64,000 nucleotides of DNA from positions 184,312 through 248,311 of the forward strand of contig JAFYBZ010000014.1 in the NCBI GenBank assembly GCA_017539905.1, in the 5' to 3' direction. The notes under the pieces are model-generated. The model saw only the letters and a program-made list of their open reading frames with translations. It had not been told where the DNA came from and searched no databases. A program made the translations under genes and the position numbers. The DNA comes from Clostridia bacterium (GTDB lineage: Bacteria; Bacillota; Clostridia; TANB77; UBA1234). Of this stretch, positions 1-12,200 are shown in pieces; the stretch's first letter is position 1, and every line of letters starts with the position of its first letter.

Positions 1-851
1 GAATATGACAATTTCTTATTGCCAAGACCATACAAAACTATTTCATCATCGTGAGTATCATTATTTTCCTCAATTGTTATTTTATCCACTTTTTTATCAA
101 TGATTTTTATAGTTTTGTTAACCATATATTCATCTTTTTTTAACCAATTAAGTAAGTAAAAATACTGCATTGGTATTTGAAGCATACCATCCACCATAAC
201 ATCAGAGTTATCAACGTAATGCTCATAAAATGTCTCATAATATTCCAATTTTGCCTTAATTGCTTCATAAACTTTTTTATCAGTTTTTTCATAATCAGCT
301 AATATATTTTCTCTATAATTGTATTTATACCCCAACTCACTCTCAAGCTTAGTTTGTTTAATGTCAAAAATGATTTTTTTAACATCATTAAATTTTTTTC
401 TAAACTCTAATCTCTCATATGACTTAATATCCGCTTTTGGATTTAAGGTATATTTGAGCATATAAGTATAAAAACCTGTTTTTTTACCTTTGGAAATATA
501 CATATCCATTTCAATTTCAGCAAAAGAATCTGGAGAATTATCGCTTAATTGAGGAAGAATATAATATATGTCATTTTCAATTTTAATATCATCTATGCTG
601 GTAAATTTAAGAGTTGAGTTACCCATTTTTCTATAACCAATAAAAGAACCAACTGCACAAATTGCTTTTATAATACTAGTTTTTCCTGAAGCATTTCCAC
701 CAATGATACCTGCGATTTTGTTCAATGATATTCCTTTATCAATAGGACATACCGTTGTTTTCTTTTCTTTTTTCCTAGGAGTAGCTCTAAAATCTAATTT
801 GATCTCATTATTAATACCCGCTATATTGTTTAGATATATATAATTAAACAT
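1..851 (-). CDS. AAA-family ATPase (AAA_15/AAA_21-like), N-terminal portion; 3' end lies left of the window
   Basis: Translation from ATG at ~851 (RBS GGAGA upstream): MFNYIYLNNIAGINNEIKLDF...IAGIIGGNASGKTSIIKAI. Walker A motif is read directly. Such ATPases are typical defence-island proteins; the exact family is not assignable from this fragment. Confidence 0.55.
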   Translation of the reverse strand, partial: MFNYIYLNNIAGINNEIKLDFRATPRKKEKKTTVCPIDKGISLNKIAGIIGGNASGKTSIIKAICAVGSFIGYRKMGNSTLKFTSIDDIKIENDIYYILPQLSDNSPDSFAEIEMDMYISKGKKTGFYTYMLKYTLNPKADIKSYERLEFRKKFNDVKKIIFDIKQTKLESELGYKYNYRENILADYEKTDKKVYEAIKAKLEYYETFYEHYVDNSDVMVDGMLQIPMQYFYLLNWLKKDEYMVNKTIKIIDKKVDKITIEENNDTHDDEIVLYGLGNKKLSY

Positions 852-904
852 TAATATTCTCCTTTCAAATGACATTTTAAGTCTTTTGTGTACCTTTGTC
901 AATA

Positions 905-930
905 TGCAATACGATTTTTTTCGTATTGCA
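905..930. promoter_or_regulatory. 26-bp palindrome TGCAATACGA-TTTTTT-TCGTATTGCA in the promoter region of the AAA ATPase gene (operator or hairpin)
   Basis: Perfect 10-bp inverted arms read directly from the sequence. Confidence 0.3.
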
Positions 931-1206
931 ATGGCTTTTTTCTAATTACTTAGTCTTTTCTACAGTAATAAATACAATCTCATGCATTATTTGATATACT
1001 TATTATACATTATTTTTTATCAATTCTTTATAGAAAAGCGCTTTGCCATAAACAATAAAATCCCACCTATTTTACACATCAAAATTCATAGTATTTTGTG
1101 TCACTGGGTTACTATTGAATAACACCATGGATATCGTTATGATAAAATTCAATATAATTATATGAAAAAGCCACAGTTCATAAAAAGAACGTGGCCTTTT
1201 TTTTAT

Positions 1207-3054
1207 CTATCCCTCAAATATAAATTTAATAATCCTATCAGCAGCTTTTTGGGTTGCCTTATTAATATCATCTTTCTTCCAATATGGTTTTGTTTCAAAT
1301 TTATATCTTTCTACCAATGCTTTTGCAAGAGGAAACTTACTATTAACATATCCTTTTTTATCTTCAATTGTATTAGACAACTTACTTCTAAACCATTCAT
1401 TACCAATAGAACGATTTATACTTTCTTCTAAAACTATTTTATTACCTAGTTTGTTCACGATGTCTTTAAATTCTTCTTCAGAAGCAATATCTGCGTCGCT
1501 TCTTATAGAAGAGTGGTTCTTTCCACTTAATGGCATAATGTGTTCTATATCGTATTTATCTGTCAAATCAAATATCATATCATTTTCTTTTGCGTATAGA
1601 TATTCATTAACATATACAAGCATATGCTTATCATAATCAAGTATTGCATTTTTAATAATATCCCTGTTCCAGTTTTTATTTATATGATTATCAAAGTCAT
1701 TTTTAATTTCATAATCTAAAATATTAGGATTTATTAATCTTACTTCTTCTCCAAATAAGAAAGTTTTAAAGTACTTGCTTGAATAACCAATATCAGTTAG
1801 TTCGACAATTACAAACAACCTAATAAGACACTCTACTACGACTGTAATCCTTTCTTCTGTTATGTCTTCAACATTATATCTTTTAAAATAACTAGTTAAA
1901 AACAATTTTGCATTTTCATTTAATTTTAATAATACTTGTACGCAAGGATAATATGAAATCTTATTCCAAATTGCCGCAATTTTTATCATATCTTTAGTTA
2001 AATCAATTGGATTGTTAATTAGATTTTTATTTAAATCAATATAATATCTTCTAACGCCTGGTACAGTTACATCTATAGAACCTGTGTTACTAATTGTATC
2101 CCCATTAATTGTTCTTTCATAATACATTTTTTGCATTAAAACCGAGTCTATAGTTGCAATTTTATTGCGAGAAAGTATTTCTATTTGGTTCTTAAGATCC
2201 TCCCAAAGTCCAACAAATTCCTCTTTTTTATTTAATGATTCTGCTACTGCATAAAGTTTTGCAGATATTATATCGGAATCATTTAGAGGTAATCCATCTG
2301 AGTTTAATGAATTAAACATAGTTATAGCTTGTTCAACTTGCCAGCTCTTTATTTCAATAACTTCGCATTTTGATATAACTGTTTTAGCAATTGTGTTTAA
2401 GTTTGTTTCACTTAATTCGGAAGCTTGCTCATAGAAAAATTTAAAATTCTTAAAGAAATTTGTATACTTATTATCTTTTTGCTTATATGGGATTTTAATA
2501 ACTCTTTGTTCAGCTTGATCAAAATCAACTGACTGTAAAATGGTTGTTAAATCATCTTCATACTGCTCATTGATCGAATTATTAACAAGAATTACAGCAT
2601 TTTTAACTAGCTCTTTGTCTTTATCAATATCAGGAATATTAGATACATTCTCAGCTTCGGCTCTGCATAGTATTCCCATTAATTGTCTTCTACGTTCTTC
2701 AAGTCCACTACGCAAACTTGCAGATTCATCATCATTACTTATTTCATTAAGAACATTATTGATCCTAATAAGCAAAGCTTTTAGCAATAACAAAAAAGTT
2801 GTTGTTCTTTGTTGTCCATCTATTAATCCCAAACTCTTATCTTCATCCTGACAATTAATAATAATTGTTCCAAAGAAATAACTATCCTTATTGTCGCCTT
2901 CTGAAAATAAAATGATATCATTCCATAATTTATCGCAATGTTCTATTCCCCATGAATATGCTCTCTGATATTCCGGGATTAAAAAATTAACCTCTTCATC
3001 TAGCTTTAGATAATCCCCAATTTTCTTTAGTTTTGGTTCAATATTTTTTGCCAT
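1207..3054 (-). CDS. brxU: GmrSD-family type IV restriction endonuclease (DUF262 N-terminal + DUF1524/HNH-like C-terminal), BrxU-like
   Basis: N-terminal motifs EYQRAYSW and DGQQRTTT match DUF262. C-terminal HIMPLS...NKIVLEESINRSIGN matches DUF1524. Start re-called at MAKNIEP after GAGGAGG. The ORF-track start at 3084 overlaps the pglZ stop and is the alternative. Confidence 0.75.
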   Translation of the reverse strand: MAKNIEPKLKKIGDYLKLDEEVNFLIPEYQRAYSWGIEHCDKLWNDIILFSEGDNKDSYFFGTIIINCQDEDKSLGLIDGQQRTTTFLLLLKALLIRINNVLNEISNDDESASLRSGLEERRRQLMGILCRAEAENVSNIPDIDKDKELVKNAVILVNNSINEQYEDDLTTILQSVDFDQAEQRVIKIPYKQKDNKYTNFFKNFKFFYEQASELSETNLNTIAKTVISKCEVIEIKSWQVEQAITMFNSLNSDGLPLNDSDIISAKLYAVAESLNKKEEFVGLWEDLKNQIEILSRNKIATIDSVLMQKMYYERTINGDTISNTGSIDVTVPGVRRYYIDLNKNLINNPIDLTKDMIKIAAIWNKISYYPCVQVLLKLNENAKLFLTSYFKRYNVEDITEERITVVVECLIRLFVIVELTDIGYSSKYFKTFLFGEEVRLINPNILDYEIKNDFDNHINKNWNRDIIKNAILDYDKHMLVYVNEYLYAKENDMIFDLTDKYDIEHIMPLSGKNHSSIRSDADIASEEEFKDIVNKLGNKIVLEESINRSIGNEWFRSKLSNTIEDKKGYVNSKFPLAKALVERYKFETKPYWKKDDINKATQKAADRIIKFIFEG

Positions 3055-3070
3055 AATAAGCCTCCTCTTC

Positions 3071-5599
3071 TTATTCAACTCCATCTAATATATCTATAAC
3101 AAACTCTATCTTCTGTTTATCCCCGGTCTTCTCATTTTCTATTACTAAATAGTACTTCTTAGAATCAATATACTTCATGCTCTTAAATACAAATTTTTCT
3201 TTAAATACCCTGTTTTTTACTACGTCGTCTTTATACTCAGCAATTATGGTGGTCTCATCAGAAATTCTATTTTCATCTTCGTCTTCAAATCTTACTAAAT
3301 ACCTACAAGCTTTATGGAATGAATCAACTCTTTGAGCTTGAATAAATGTTAAATATGATACAACATTAGAAATCCTGTTGGAGTTTCCACTATATACTAT
3401 TTCAACATTTTCAGCTTCTGAATTAATATTTCTAGATGATTTAAAGTCAATAACAGGAATAATTATTTCCTGTGGCAAAGCACCACCATGTACATAATTT
3501 CGTCCTCCACCTTGTCTAGAATATATAATCTCACCCTTAGGTATATTAACATATCCACTATCTTCTCCAAATAAGTAATCCATACTAATTGAAAGAATAC
3601 CTTCTTTGTTAACCTTATTCTTAGTATACTCATATCTAAGCTTAGCTACTGATGATTCTTCACCTTTTTCTATAGTGCCAGATTTTTCTATTGCCCCATT
3701 TTTATAGAAGAATCCATGATCTGCTGTAATGAACAAATTAATACCGCCGAATGTTGTATGCAAATTTTCTACTAATTTGTATAGTTCTTCTATTGTATTT
3801 TGACATTCATTAAATACATTTAGCTCATCATGTTCTCCAGCATTATCTATTCTATCATGATAAATATAGATTACTTTTTTACCCGAAAATAATTTTTGCC
3901 ATTCAGCTTTTCTCATTTCTTTGAAATCCGAATATTGTATAGCTATTGAGTCTTCTTGAGCATTGTTTAATATCCTTTCTCTATCTTTAATACCAGAAGA
4001 TTTTATTCCATCAACTAAAATATCTATTTCATTTTTGTCTCTTTTTAATTCTGCATTTGGAAGCAAAGATGCCATTCCAAGCTTGGTATATGATGGTACA
4101 TTTCCCCACATATATTCAACTTTAGTATCAGTAGTAATATCTCTTAATCTCCTGTTTAATTCTTTTGCAACTTCAAATCGCATTGCATCAGATATTATAA
4201 CAATGGTTCTTCCTTTTTTAGAATTAAATGGTTCGACAAATCTTGAATAAAACTTTCTTTGTAAAGGAATTCTAGTATCATCAAAAGAATTCATTTCTTC
4301 AAGAGATAAGCTCCAATTAATAGACAGTGCTTCAATATATAATTTGTTATATATTTTTTCTACAAGTTCTTTTATTTCGCTAAATTTTTCTTTATCTGCT
4401 ACATGATCAAAATCATATGATATCTTTCTATATAAAGTATCTAATTTATATAACTTATCTGTATATAATTTAGCAAAAGAGTCTATATCCATCTCTTTAA
4501 TTGATCCTAAATAATCATTACTCTTCTGATAAAATCTCATTGCTTTCTTTAAGAAATCAAACTCGTGATTCATCTTATTGCCGAAATACTTGCTTTCTCT
4601 AAAACTTAAATATCTATTATATGTATCATAGTTTTTTTCATGATTATTAAGATTTTTAACTACATACATTATTATATACTCATCTATGGCTTTGAAAGCA
4701 TCACACTCGACGAAACTATCAATCTCATGCTCGGAAATTATTTGTGAAATTCCAAACTCAGTTTCTGCATTTCTAGACATATCCTCAAATAGGTTCTGAG
4801 ATTTTAAATCTCTCATCAACTGATCAACAAAAAAGTTGATATTGTTTCTTTTTTTCAACATAAAGGTTGAAAACATAGTCGTATTATCAATAAATGTATT
4901 GCTCTCAAAGTAAGTAATCATGATGCAATTCATTAGATCTCCAATTTCCGAAAATGAATGTATGTCAGAGCCGAAGTAGTCATTTAAAACATTCATAACA
5001 AAATCTTCATTAGCACATTTGGTTAGCTCAACATAACACTTTGAATTGCTTTTATACTCTATAAATAAATTCTTAATAATTTCTTCAATTTGTATACTTT
5101 TAATTCCTAAAAGAGCAGCTATAATCATATACTCAAGGTTTTCTCTTGTCTTTTCTTCATCAAACTTCTTTAAAGATTCCACTCTTTTAGCACTCTTGAA
5201 AAATTTATAGTTTTTTTCAATAATCGGTCTTAAATCTTTATCTAGTTTTAAGTCATTAATAATCTGAGATGCTTTGTCTAATGAAAACTCCAAATCCATA
5301 TTTTTAACATACAAATCCAAAAGAGGGTTATCATAGATATTCTGTTTTCCGTCAGGGAAGAAGATAATAAAGTTGTCCTTAGGTTTTTCAGTTTCAATAT
5401 GATATCTCAAGAAAAAACTATTGTTGTCATATATTAATATCTCTGCATTATTAATATGTAGACTCTCGACAGTCTCAATAGTTTCTCCTTCTTCCCCTTC
5501 TTTATTAAACCAGAATATTATTTTTCTACATCTACCCTCTTTGTTAAAGTCAGTAGTATTATCTATTAACTTTTGCAACAATTCCTGTACATTGTCCAT
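3071..5599 (-). CDS. pglZ: BREX-1 alkaline-phosphatase-superfamily protein PglZ
   Basis: 842 aa. PglZ-like region TIVIISDAMRFEVAKEL...GNVPSYTKLGMASLLPN. Position directly after pglX in the operon. Confidence 0.85.
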   Translation of the reverse strand: MDNVQELLQKLIDNTTDFNKEGRCRKIIFWFNKEGEEGETIETVESLHINNAEILIYDNNSFFLRYHIETEKPKDNFIIFFPDGKQNIYDNPLLDLYVKNMDLEFSLDKASQIINDLKLDKDLRPIIEKNYKFFKSAKRVESLKKFDEEKTRENLEYMIIAALLGIKSIQIEEIIKNLFIEYKSNSKCYVELTKCANEDFVMNVLNDYFGSDIHSFSEIGDLMNCIMITYFESNTFIDNTTMFSTFMLKKRNNINFFVDQLMRDLKSQNLFEDMSRNAETEFGISQIISEHEIDSFVECDAFKAIDEYIIMYVVKNLNNHEKNYDTYNRYLSFRESKYFGNKMNHEFDFLKKAMRFYQKSNDYLGSIKEMDIDSFAKLYTDKLYKLDTLYRKISYDFDHVADKEKFSEIKELVEKIYNKLYIEALSINWSLSLEEMNSFDDTRIPLQRKFYSRFVEPFNSKKGRTIVIISDAMRFEVAKELNRRLRDITTDTKVEYMWGNVPSYTKLGMASLLPNAELKRDKNEIDILVDGIKSSGIKDRERILNNAQEDSIAIQYSDFKEMRKAEWQKLFSGKKVIYIYHDRIDNAGEHDELNVFNECQNTIEELYKLVENLHTTFGGINLFITADHGFFYKNGAIEKSGTIEKGEESSVAKLRYEYTKNKVNKEGILSISMDYLFGEDSGYVNIPKGEIIYSRQGGGRNYVHGGALPQEIIIPVIDFKSSRNINSEAENVEIVYSGNSNRISNVVSYLTFIQAQRVDSFHKACRYLVRFEDEDENRISDETTIIAEYKDDVVKNRVFKEKFVFKSMKYIDSKKYYLVIENEKTGDKQKIEFVIDILDGVE

Positions 5600-5614
5600 G
5601 CGTTTTTCTCCTAA

Positions 5615-8600
5615 TTATTTGATTTTTGCTAATACTTTATCGAATTTTGCGTAATTAACCTTAACGCCGTCATCTAAATCAATTTTGATTCTTTGATCAG
5701 CTAAATGTTTAATTTCTTCATCATAATCTATAATTTCCTGTAGTTTAGATGATAAATCTTGTTTTTGCTTCTCAAGCTTTCTAATTTCAGCACCGCTTTC
5801 TTCTTTCTCTAATCTTTCTTCAATGTCTTTAAGAAGGTTTTCATATGTTTCTTGAACTTTTAGAAGATAATTTGTTCTAATATTAGATACAGTTGCATCA
5901 TCATATCTATGCATATATATTAGACACTTAAAGCCATTATTCTTTCCGCTATCAAACAACCAATAAATTGGTCTTTTTTGATATATCTTGCAATGGTCTT
6001 TGTAAAAGTCATTAACAAAGTATCTTCTAATTGTTTCCTGACTTGTTTCTGTTCCTTTTCTACCAAGAGTTTCTGCTATATAATTAAGATTTTCAGCTAG
6101 ATACTCCTCGCCAAAAGCAACTCTAATGAATTCAACAAATCTTGTAACTATGTCATCACTAAAAAATGCATTATCCACTATTGGAATTACATTATCCATA
6201 TCTGGAGTAAATGATAATTCTATAGCGTCTTCTCCATCTTTTAAAAATATACTGGTTCTATTATCTAATATAATATGACCGCCCGATACTGCTCTTCCAG
6301 CTATCGGTGAAGATACTGCTTGATATACATCACTAAATTTTCCACCAGCATATATAAGCCCTTCTTTATCTAATGAGTATCTTCCAAGCATACAACCAAC
6401 GGCATAACTAATAAGTGATTTAACTTCTCGCTCTCTATCTGCTTTTCTAATAGTAATATCATTATCTGCTACTTCAGGTGTTAGAACATCACGTAGACCA
6501 TATATGTCTATAAAGAGGCGATTTAACTCTTCTTCATTTTGCTTTAAACAATTAAACTTTGATTCACAATTTCTTTTCCATGAATCAAATGAATCTTTAA
6601 TCTTGAAGCTCCTAATATCATTATCAAAACCATTTCTTTTTTTATATTCAAGTAGTGGATGATTAGTGAAATCCCAACTAGTTTCAAATGAATTCCAGTC
6701 TTCTTTTGATACTTCTATAAGTTTCAAAACTACACTTTTAATTGTAGAATTAAAAGAAATACTCTCATGATTAAATGGCAGTGCAAGTAAATTTCCAGGA
6801 GTCAAGTTTAAAGTTGGGTTCAGCATAGATAAATAGTATGTCCCGATTTTTGAATTAAATAACCCCAAAAAATATTCTTCAAACTTGTCTCTACATGAAC
6901 AGATTGGCCCAGCATCATCAAACATATATCCTTCATTGACATATCTGAAAGCATAATTAGATGATGATATTTTTGTCCATGTAATGGCTTTTTTAAATGC
7001 ATACTCTCCATTATAATTATGTGATCTAACTCTATTGGTTATTTTATCATAATTATCATTTTTCATTTCGTAACCATCATCATACCAATTAACAATATAC
7101 TCATTATTTCCATACCATTTTCTATAAGCTCCTCCTTTTTGATAAGGAAACCATTTAATCTTAGACCTTATACTATCCGCATTCGATTTACATCCAAAAT
7201 AAACATTGTATATATTAGGTTCATACCATAACCTTAAAAACCTACTTGTATCACCTGTTACCAATCCGATCCTTGGGTTAATATACTTATTGATATCTTT
7301 ATATTTGAAATTATCAATTCCATTTTTAGGTAGCCAGTAAAGCATTGGACTACCCGGTATTAATTTGAAACTAGATAAATCAGCCAAATATAAGTCATTA
7401 TTAACACCAGATATAGCCTTTAAATACATTTCCTCTTGTTTCTTCATTCCTCCAACATAATCTGTTAGCCTTATATATTTTCCATCTTTTTGGCAATTTG
7501 AAGAATTATAAATAACAAAACTACAAATAGGAACTGTAGCTTCTTGCAAGGCGGAATATTCAAATTGTATTAATGAAGAAATTACCATATTCCTAATAAT
7601 AAATTGCCTTAACTTCTCATATGTTTGAATAAACATCCAAACGTATGGTGTCATAAAACCCAAATATCCTCCTTTTTTATTAATTCTTTGGTTGTTAATA
7701 ATAAAGGCCGAGAAGGTATCACTTTTATACTCGTTGTACTTTTCATTTATATACTCTTTAAGCTTAGGAGGCATTAAACTTGAATTCATATATGGTGGAT
7801 TTGTTACAACTATATCGTATTTGTTAGCAATCAACAGTGCACTTTTTAATACAGGAAGAAATTTATTTTTAATCTCATTTAATTTATCCATATCAAAAAC
7901 ACTTTGCTGTCCATTTAATTTTTCTTCTATTGTTTTTTGAATATCAGAATAATTCTTATCTTCTATTATTAAAAGTGAGCCTATTTCTTTAGCGTCTTTC
8001 ATGTTGTCATATATATAGTTTAAAGCTTCATTATATGTGTAGTTTTCTATATCATCTCCATCCTTTTTAATTACATCTAAAGTTCTTCTATCCATTGTAT
8101 TGGTTTCTGATATACTAATGATGTTCAAACCTTTTGTAACTTTTTTATTAAAAATATCTCTGTCATATTCTCTAGCCTTTAGAAGTACTGAAAGAACGGA
8201 TAACTGAAATGCTCTATCATCTATTTCCAAACCATACAGATTGTTTTCTAATATTGATTCCGGAATAATGGCTTTGCTATAGCCATAAGAAAGATATATT
8301 TGATACAACACCTCAAACAAATAAACTAAAATGTGTCCACTTCCACTACATGGATCTATACACTTTATATCTTTAGGATCTATAGTTTCTTTAAGTTCTA
8401 TGTTGGCGTCTTTAATGTAATACTTCCAATTATCTATTAGTCTTGTATCCCCTCTATGTTCAATCCAATATCTACCTAAAGAGTTCTCAACCATGTATTT
8501 TACTATCCAGTCTGGAGTAAATAGTTGTGTTGCATATGCTATTTCATGTTTTTTGTAAACCTTTTTAGCTGATATTACTCTGTCTTTTTCCGTTTGGTTA

Positions 8601-9265
8601 TAGTATTGATATAGCCACCCTATGATTTCAACTTCACTAAAGTTTTCTTCTGGAACATCAGTCAAAAGTTTTTTTATAATACCAGCACTCAACAATAATC
8701 CATCTGGTATTAATATATCAATATAGTCTGTTACACCATCAAATACTTGAGGAATTACTCTTCCAAGTTTTTTCACTAGTAGAAGCATGATATACTTATA
8801 CTTCTCCTCTTCCAGATTGATAGTACTATACTTTTCGTAATCAAATCCAATATCTAATTCTGGACTTCTTAGATTAGAAAGTTTCATAATTTCTGGATTA
8901 GGGGTATTATCCTTATCAGACAATACTCTTATCCCCAGTGATTGATTATCAGAAGTTAACGGCAAATAATCATGTATTTCCATATATCTTAAAGCAATAA
9001 TTCTATTGAACCAAGTATATGCAGCCTCTTCAACAACTCTCTCCTCAGTAATTTCCTTAATTCTTTCTAGAAGCTTAAGTCGGTTCTTATACTCATTCTG
9101 AGTGTATGTGAATGAATGATGTAATCCTCTTAAAATAACCAAATCACCATTATTGATGACCTCAAATTCTTCATTTAGGAATAGTCTATCAATTTTCTTT
9201 TTAGTTTGGTCCATAAGCAATTTTCTTGATTCAATTGCAAATTTCTTTAAAATATTTTTGTCCAT
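5615..9265 (-). CDS. pglX: BREX-1 N6-adenine DNA methyltransferase PglX
   Basis: 1216 aa. Methyltransferase motif I IDPCSGSGHILVY and motif IV VVTNPPYM. Confidence 0.85.
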   Translation of the reverse strand: MDKNILKKFAIESRKLLMDQTKKKIDRLFLNEEFEVINNGDLVILRGLHHSFTYTQNEYKNRLKLLERIKEITEERVVEEAAYTWFNRIIALRYMEIHDYLPLTSDNQSLGIRVLSDKDNTPNPEIMKLSNLRSPELDIGFDYEKYSTINLEEEKYKYIMLLLVKKLGRVIPQVFDGVTDYIDILIPDGLLLSAGIIKKLLTDVPEENFSEVEIIGWLYQYYNQTEKDRVISAKKVYKKHEIAYATQLFTPDWIVKYMVENSLGRYWIEHRGDTRLIDNWKYYIKDANIELKETIDPKDIKCIDPCSGSGHILVYLFEVLYQIYLSYGYSKAIIPESILENNLYGLEIDDRAFQLSVLSVLLKAREYDRDIFNKKVTKGLNIISISETNTMDRRTLDVIKKDGDDIENYTYNEALNYIYDNMKDAKEIGSLLIIEDKNYSDIQKTIEEKLNGQQSVFDMDKLNEIKNKFLPVLKSALLIANKYDIVVTNPPYMNSSLMPPKLKEYINEKYNEYKSDTFSAFIINNQRINKKGGYLGFMTPYVWMFIQTYEKLRQFIIRNMVISSLIQFEYSALQEATVPICSFVIYNSSNCQKDGKYIRLTDYVGGMKKQEEMYLKAISGVNNDLYLADLSSFKLIPGSPMLYWLPKNGIDNFKYKDINKYINPRIGLVTGDTSRFLRLWYEPNIYNVYFGCKSNADSIRSKIKWFPYQKGGAYRKWYGNNEYIVNWYDDGYEMKNDNYDKITNRVRSHNYNGEYAFKKAITWTKISSSNYAFRYVNEGYMFDDAGPICSCRDKFEEYFLGLFNSKIGTYYLSMLNPTLNLTPGNLLALPFNHESISFNSTIKSVVLKLIEVSKEDWNSFETSWDFTNHPLLEYKKRNGFDNDIRSFKIKDSFDSWKRNCESKFNCLKQNEEELNRLFIDIYGLRDVLTPEVADNDITIRKADREREVKSLISYAVGCMLGRYSLDKEGLIYAGGKFSDVYQAVSSPIAGRAVSGGHIILDNRTSIFLKDGEDAIELSFTPDMDNVIPIVDNAFFSDDIVTRFVEFIRVAFGEEYLAENLNYIAETLGRKGTETSQETIRRYFVNDFYKDHCKIYQKRPIYWLFDSGKNNGFKCLIYMHRYDDATVSNIRTNYLLKVQETYENLLKDIEERLEKEESGAEIRKLEKQKQDLSSKLQEIIDYDEEIKHLADQRIKIDLDDGVKVNYAKFDKVLAKIK

Positions 9266-9269
9266 TTAT

Positions 9270-12200
9270 TTACCCCTCTTTAATTGTAAGCTTGCCATTA
9301 GTAGCAAGTTCTTCTTTAAGTTTGGCCCTAATCTCTTCGACATATTTATCTATGTCCTCTTCGCTGTCAATTTCAAATGAATGATTAATTAATTTACCTA
9401 CTCTAACTACTTTTCTAGGTGTTGGTACTGGTGCAGGATCTCCTGGTTCAGTTGGCTGCTCTGGTTCTTGTAATTTTGCTTTTTCAAGTTCCAACCTGAT
9501 ATCAAATTCTTCTTTTATGTTAGAAATTAATGTCTTTTGAGCAAGTATAATTACAAGTTCGTTTGAAGTCTTAAGCTCATCAATTACAGCTTGTTCTCTT
9601 TTTGCAAACTTTTCAGTAATACCATTATCTAGTTTTGCAACAGCAGCTTCTTTTTGAATGTACTGAATTGCATCATTTGCTTCATCAATAATAGGTTGGC
9701 ATCTCTCATCATATATTGCAGTTAAAGAATCAACAAGTTTTCCTTTAAGTGTAGGTAATTTAAAAATATCACTATATGGTTCTTCTGATTGCATTATAGC
9801 TTTCATTTCGTTAGCTATATCGTCAATTTCTTTATTTTTGCCAATGTACTGCTGATTTTTATCATAAACGTTAAGTGCTGATCTTGCATTGTCAAATATT
9901 TCTCTTTGATTATTCTGTTCATCAAAGAATTCTAAAGCTTTTTCAAGTTTAGGCATATTTTCTTTAAAAAATTCTTCTTTACCATTTACTTCCTCGAAAA
10001 AGTCTTGATTATATTTGATATCTAGTAAACCATTCAAACAAGTGTAAACGCTATTTACCGCTTCTTTAGCAGGATATTCATAAGTTGAATATCTACCATA
10101 GTATCCTTTTGCAAACACAACATTGTTAATGCTTTTTATTTGATCGTTTAAACAATTCTTAAATCCTTCAACCATTTGATCTTCATCTTCGCCGATATCT
10201 GTTTTATTAAAATATTTACGACTAATAGATTTAAGACCATCAAGAAGTTTTTGATCTATTTTAGTTCTAAGTCTAACTGTAGTTCTATCAAAATAGCTTC
10301 TATTTGTAAGCTTATTAACGGTTTCTGTTGCTGCTGGAATCTGAATTTCATTACCATACACAAGATTAATATAACCATCTTTTAATGCTTTGGCCAATAG
10401 ATACAATATATCATCTTCTAAATAACCATATGGCACTTTTTCGAAATCTTGAAGTATAGTTCTAATAGTTAATGATGCAATATCGGAATTTTTGTATTTA
10501 ATATACTCGGCTATTTCATCATATGCTTTTTGGTTTGGAAATTCTTCAATATTAGCAATCTTAGTTTGCAATTTTTTATCTTGAAGCAATGCTTTGATAT
10601 CTTCTTTAGTGTAATTCTTTTGAATAAATGCTAATTTGGTGTACTTGTTACTGATTACTATTGCTAGTGCTTCGTTTATTCTTGTCTTAATGTCTTTACT
10701 CTTTATGCTTTCATACTTGTTACCACCAATAATTATTTCTGAGTTTTCAAGAGCGTTTTTAATATAATCTTTCACGGTAGCTTCAAGGTTTCTCATTTCA
10801 ATGCTTTTTGTTGAAATAATTACATTTAGTTCATCGGACAATGTGTTTTTCTTTTGTTCCTGAAGATACTTTTCAATTTGAAGCTTATATTTCATATCTG
10901 ATAATACTTCATTATTAAGTATCAACTTAATAATTGCATATTTATCATCCTCAAAATACAATGCTTTATCATCTTCATCAGGAGCTAAGGTTCTAATTTT
11001 AAAACCAATATCTGTTTCATTAGTATATAAATAGTCATCAATTGCTTTGGTTATAACAAATGGTTGATTCTTATACATCATTTTAGAATCATTATAAAAA
11101 TCATCTAGGATTATTTTCTTTAGATAGTCAGTCATTGCTTCCCTATCTATTTCTTTGTTTTTAATCTCACGATTAACTTCCTGCTCGTCATCTGTTAGAA
11201 ATGTATATACATCTCCATTTTTTTGAATTAACGTTTGTCTTTCTAGTCTCTTTAATGCATTAGTAATATTTTCTCTCAATACAAGTTTGTCTTCATCAAT
11301 ACTAGATACAAACAATGCTGTAATATTGTCGATGTTTGAAGGAAGAGTTTTTATATTTTTTAATAAAAATAATGTTTTAAGAACATTAACATCAAGTTCT
11401 TCTAAGTGGCCAGATTTTTTAAGCTTTTCTGCACTGTTTATAACATTTCTTACCTTAATACTAAGTTCTCTTTCTGCAGTATTGTAAAATACATATAAAG
11501 GTATAAAAGCTCCTAAATCTTCATCTGCACATGTTTTTACTGCTTCTTGTACAGCACTAATAAGTGTTCTTTCACTTCCTGCTAAGCTAATACCAGCAAA
11601 TCCTTTATCACGAATACTCTCAAATATATCTTGTAACAAAGGAAATTGATATGGAATCATAGGATATGTTCTAGCAAAGTCCTCATTATCTTCATATTCT
11701 CTTTGATGTTGACCACCTTTAAAGAATAACAAATTTTTAATAATAGCATGTTTATCACTATACAATGCCCTTAATGACTCATCGATTGCATCTTTCTTCT
11801 TTAAAAGACGTTCTTTGATTATTTCATCAATGTTTGTTGAAGAAATATCGATTCTAGTATGGAATCTTCCAAGCATTTTTGACATTGTAAGCCCATGAAC
11901 ATTTTTAATTACAACATCAATTGCTTGTTGAGCTGTTGCTATAACCCATGCATTGCCTTGACAAATATCACCCAAGTCTTCAACTATTGTTTGAAGGTCT
12001 AAAACTAATTTGTCATCATTACCAATATATAAGCTTACTTCATCAACAAGAAATACTACTTGATGATTTCCACCCTTTGATTTTATATATTCATTTACTC
12101 TTTCAGCAAAATCTCTAATAGAAATACTATAGTTTCTTTCGGTCTTATCCATAAGTTCTTTTGCATAGTCTTCATTGACATTCATTACCTTAGAATAAGC

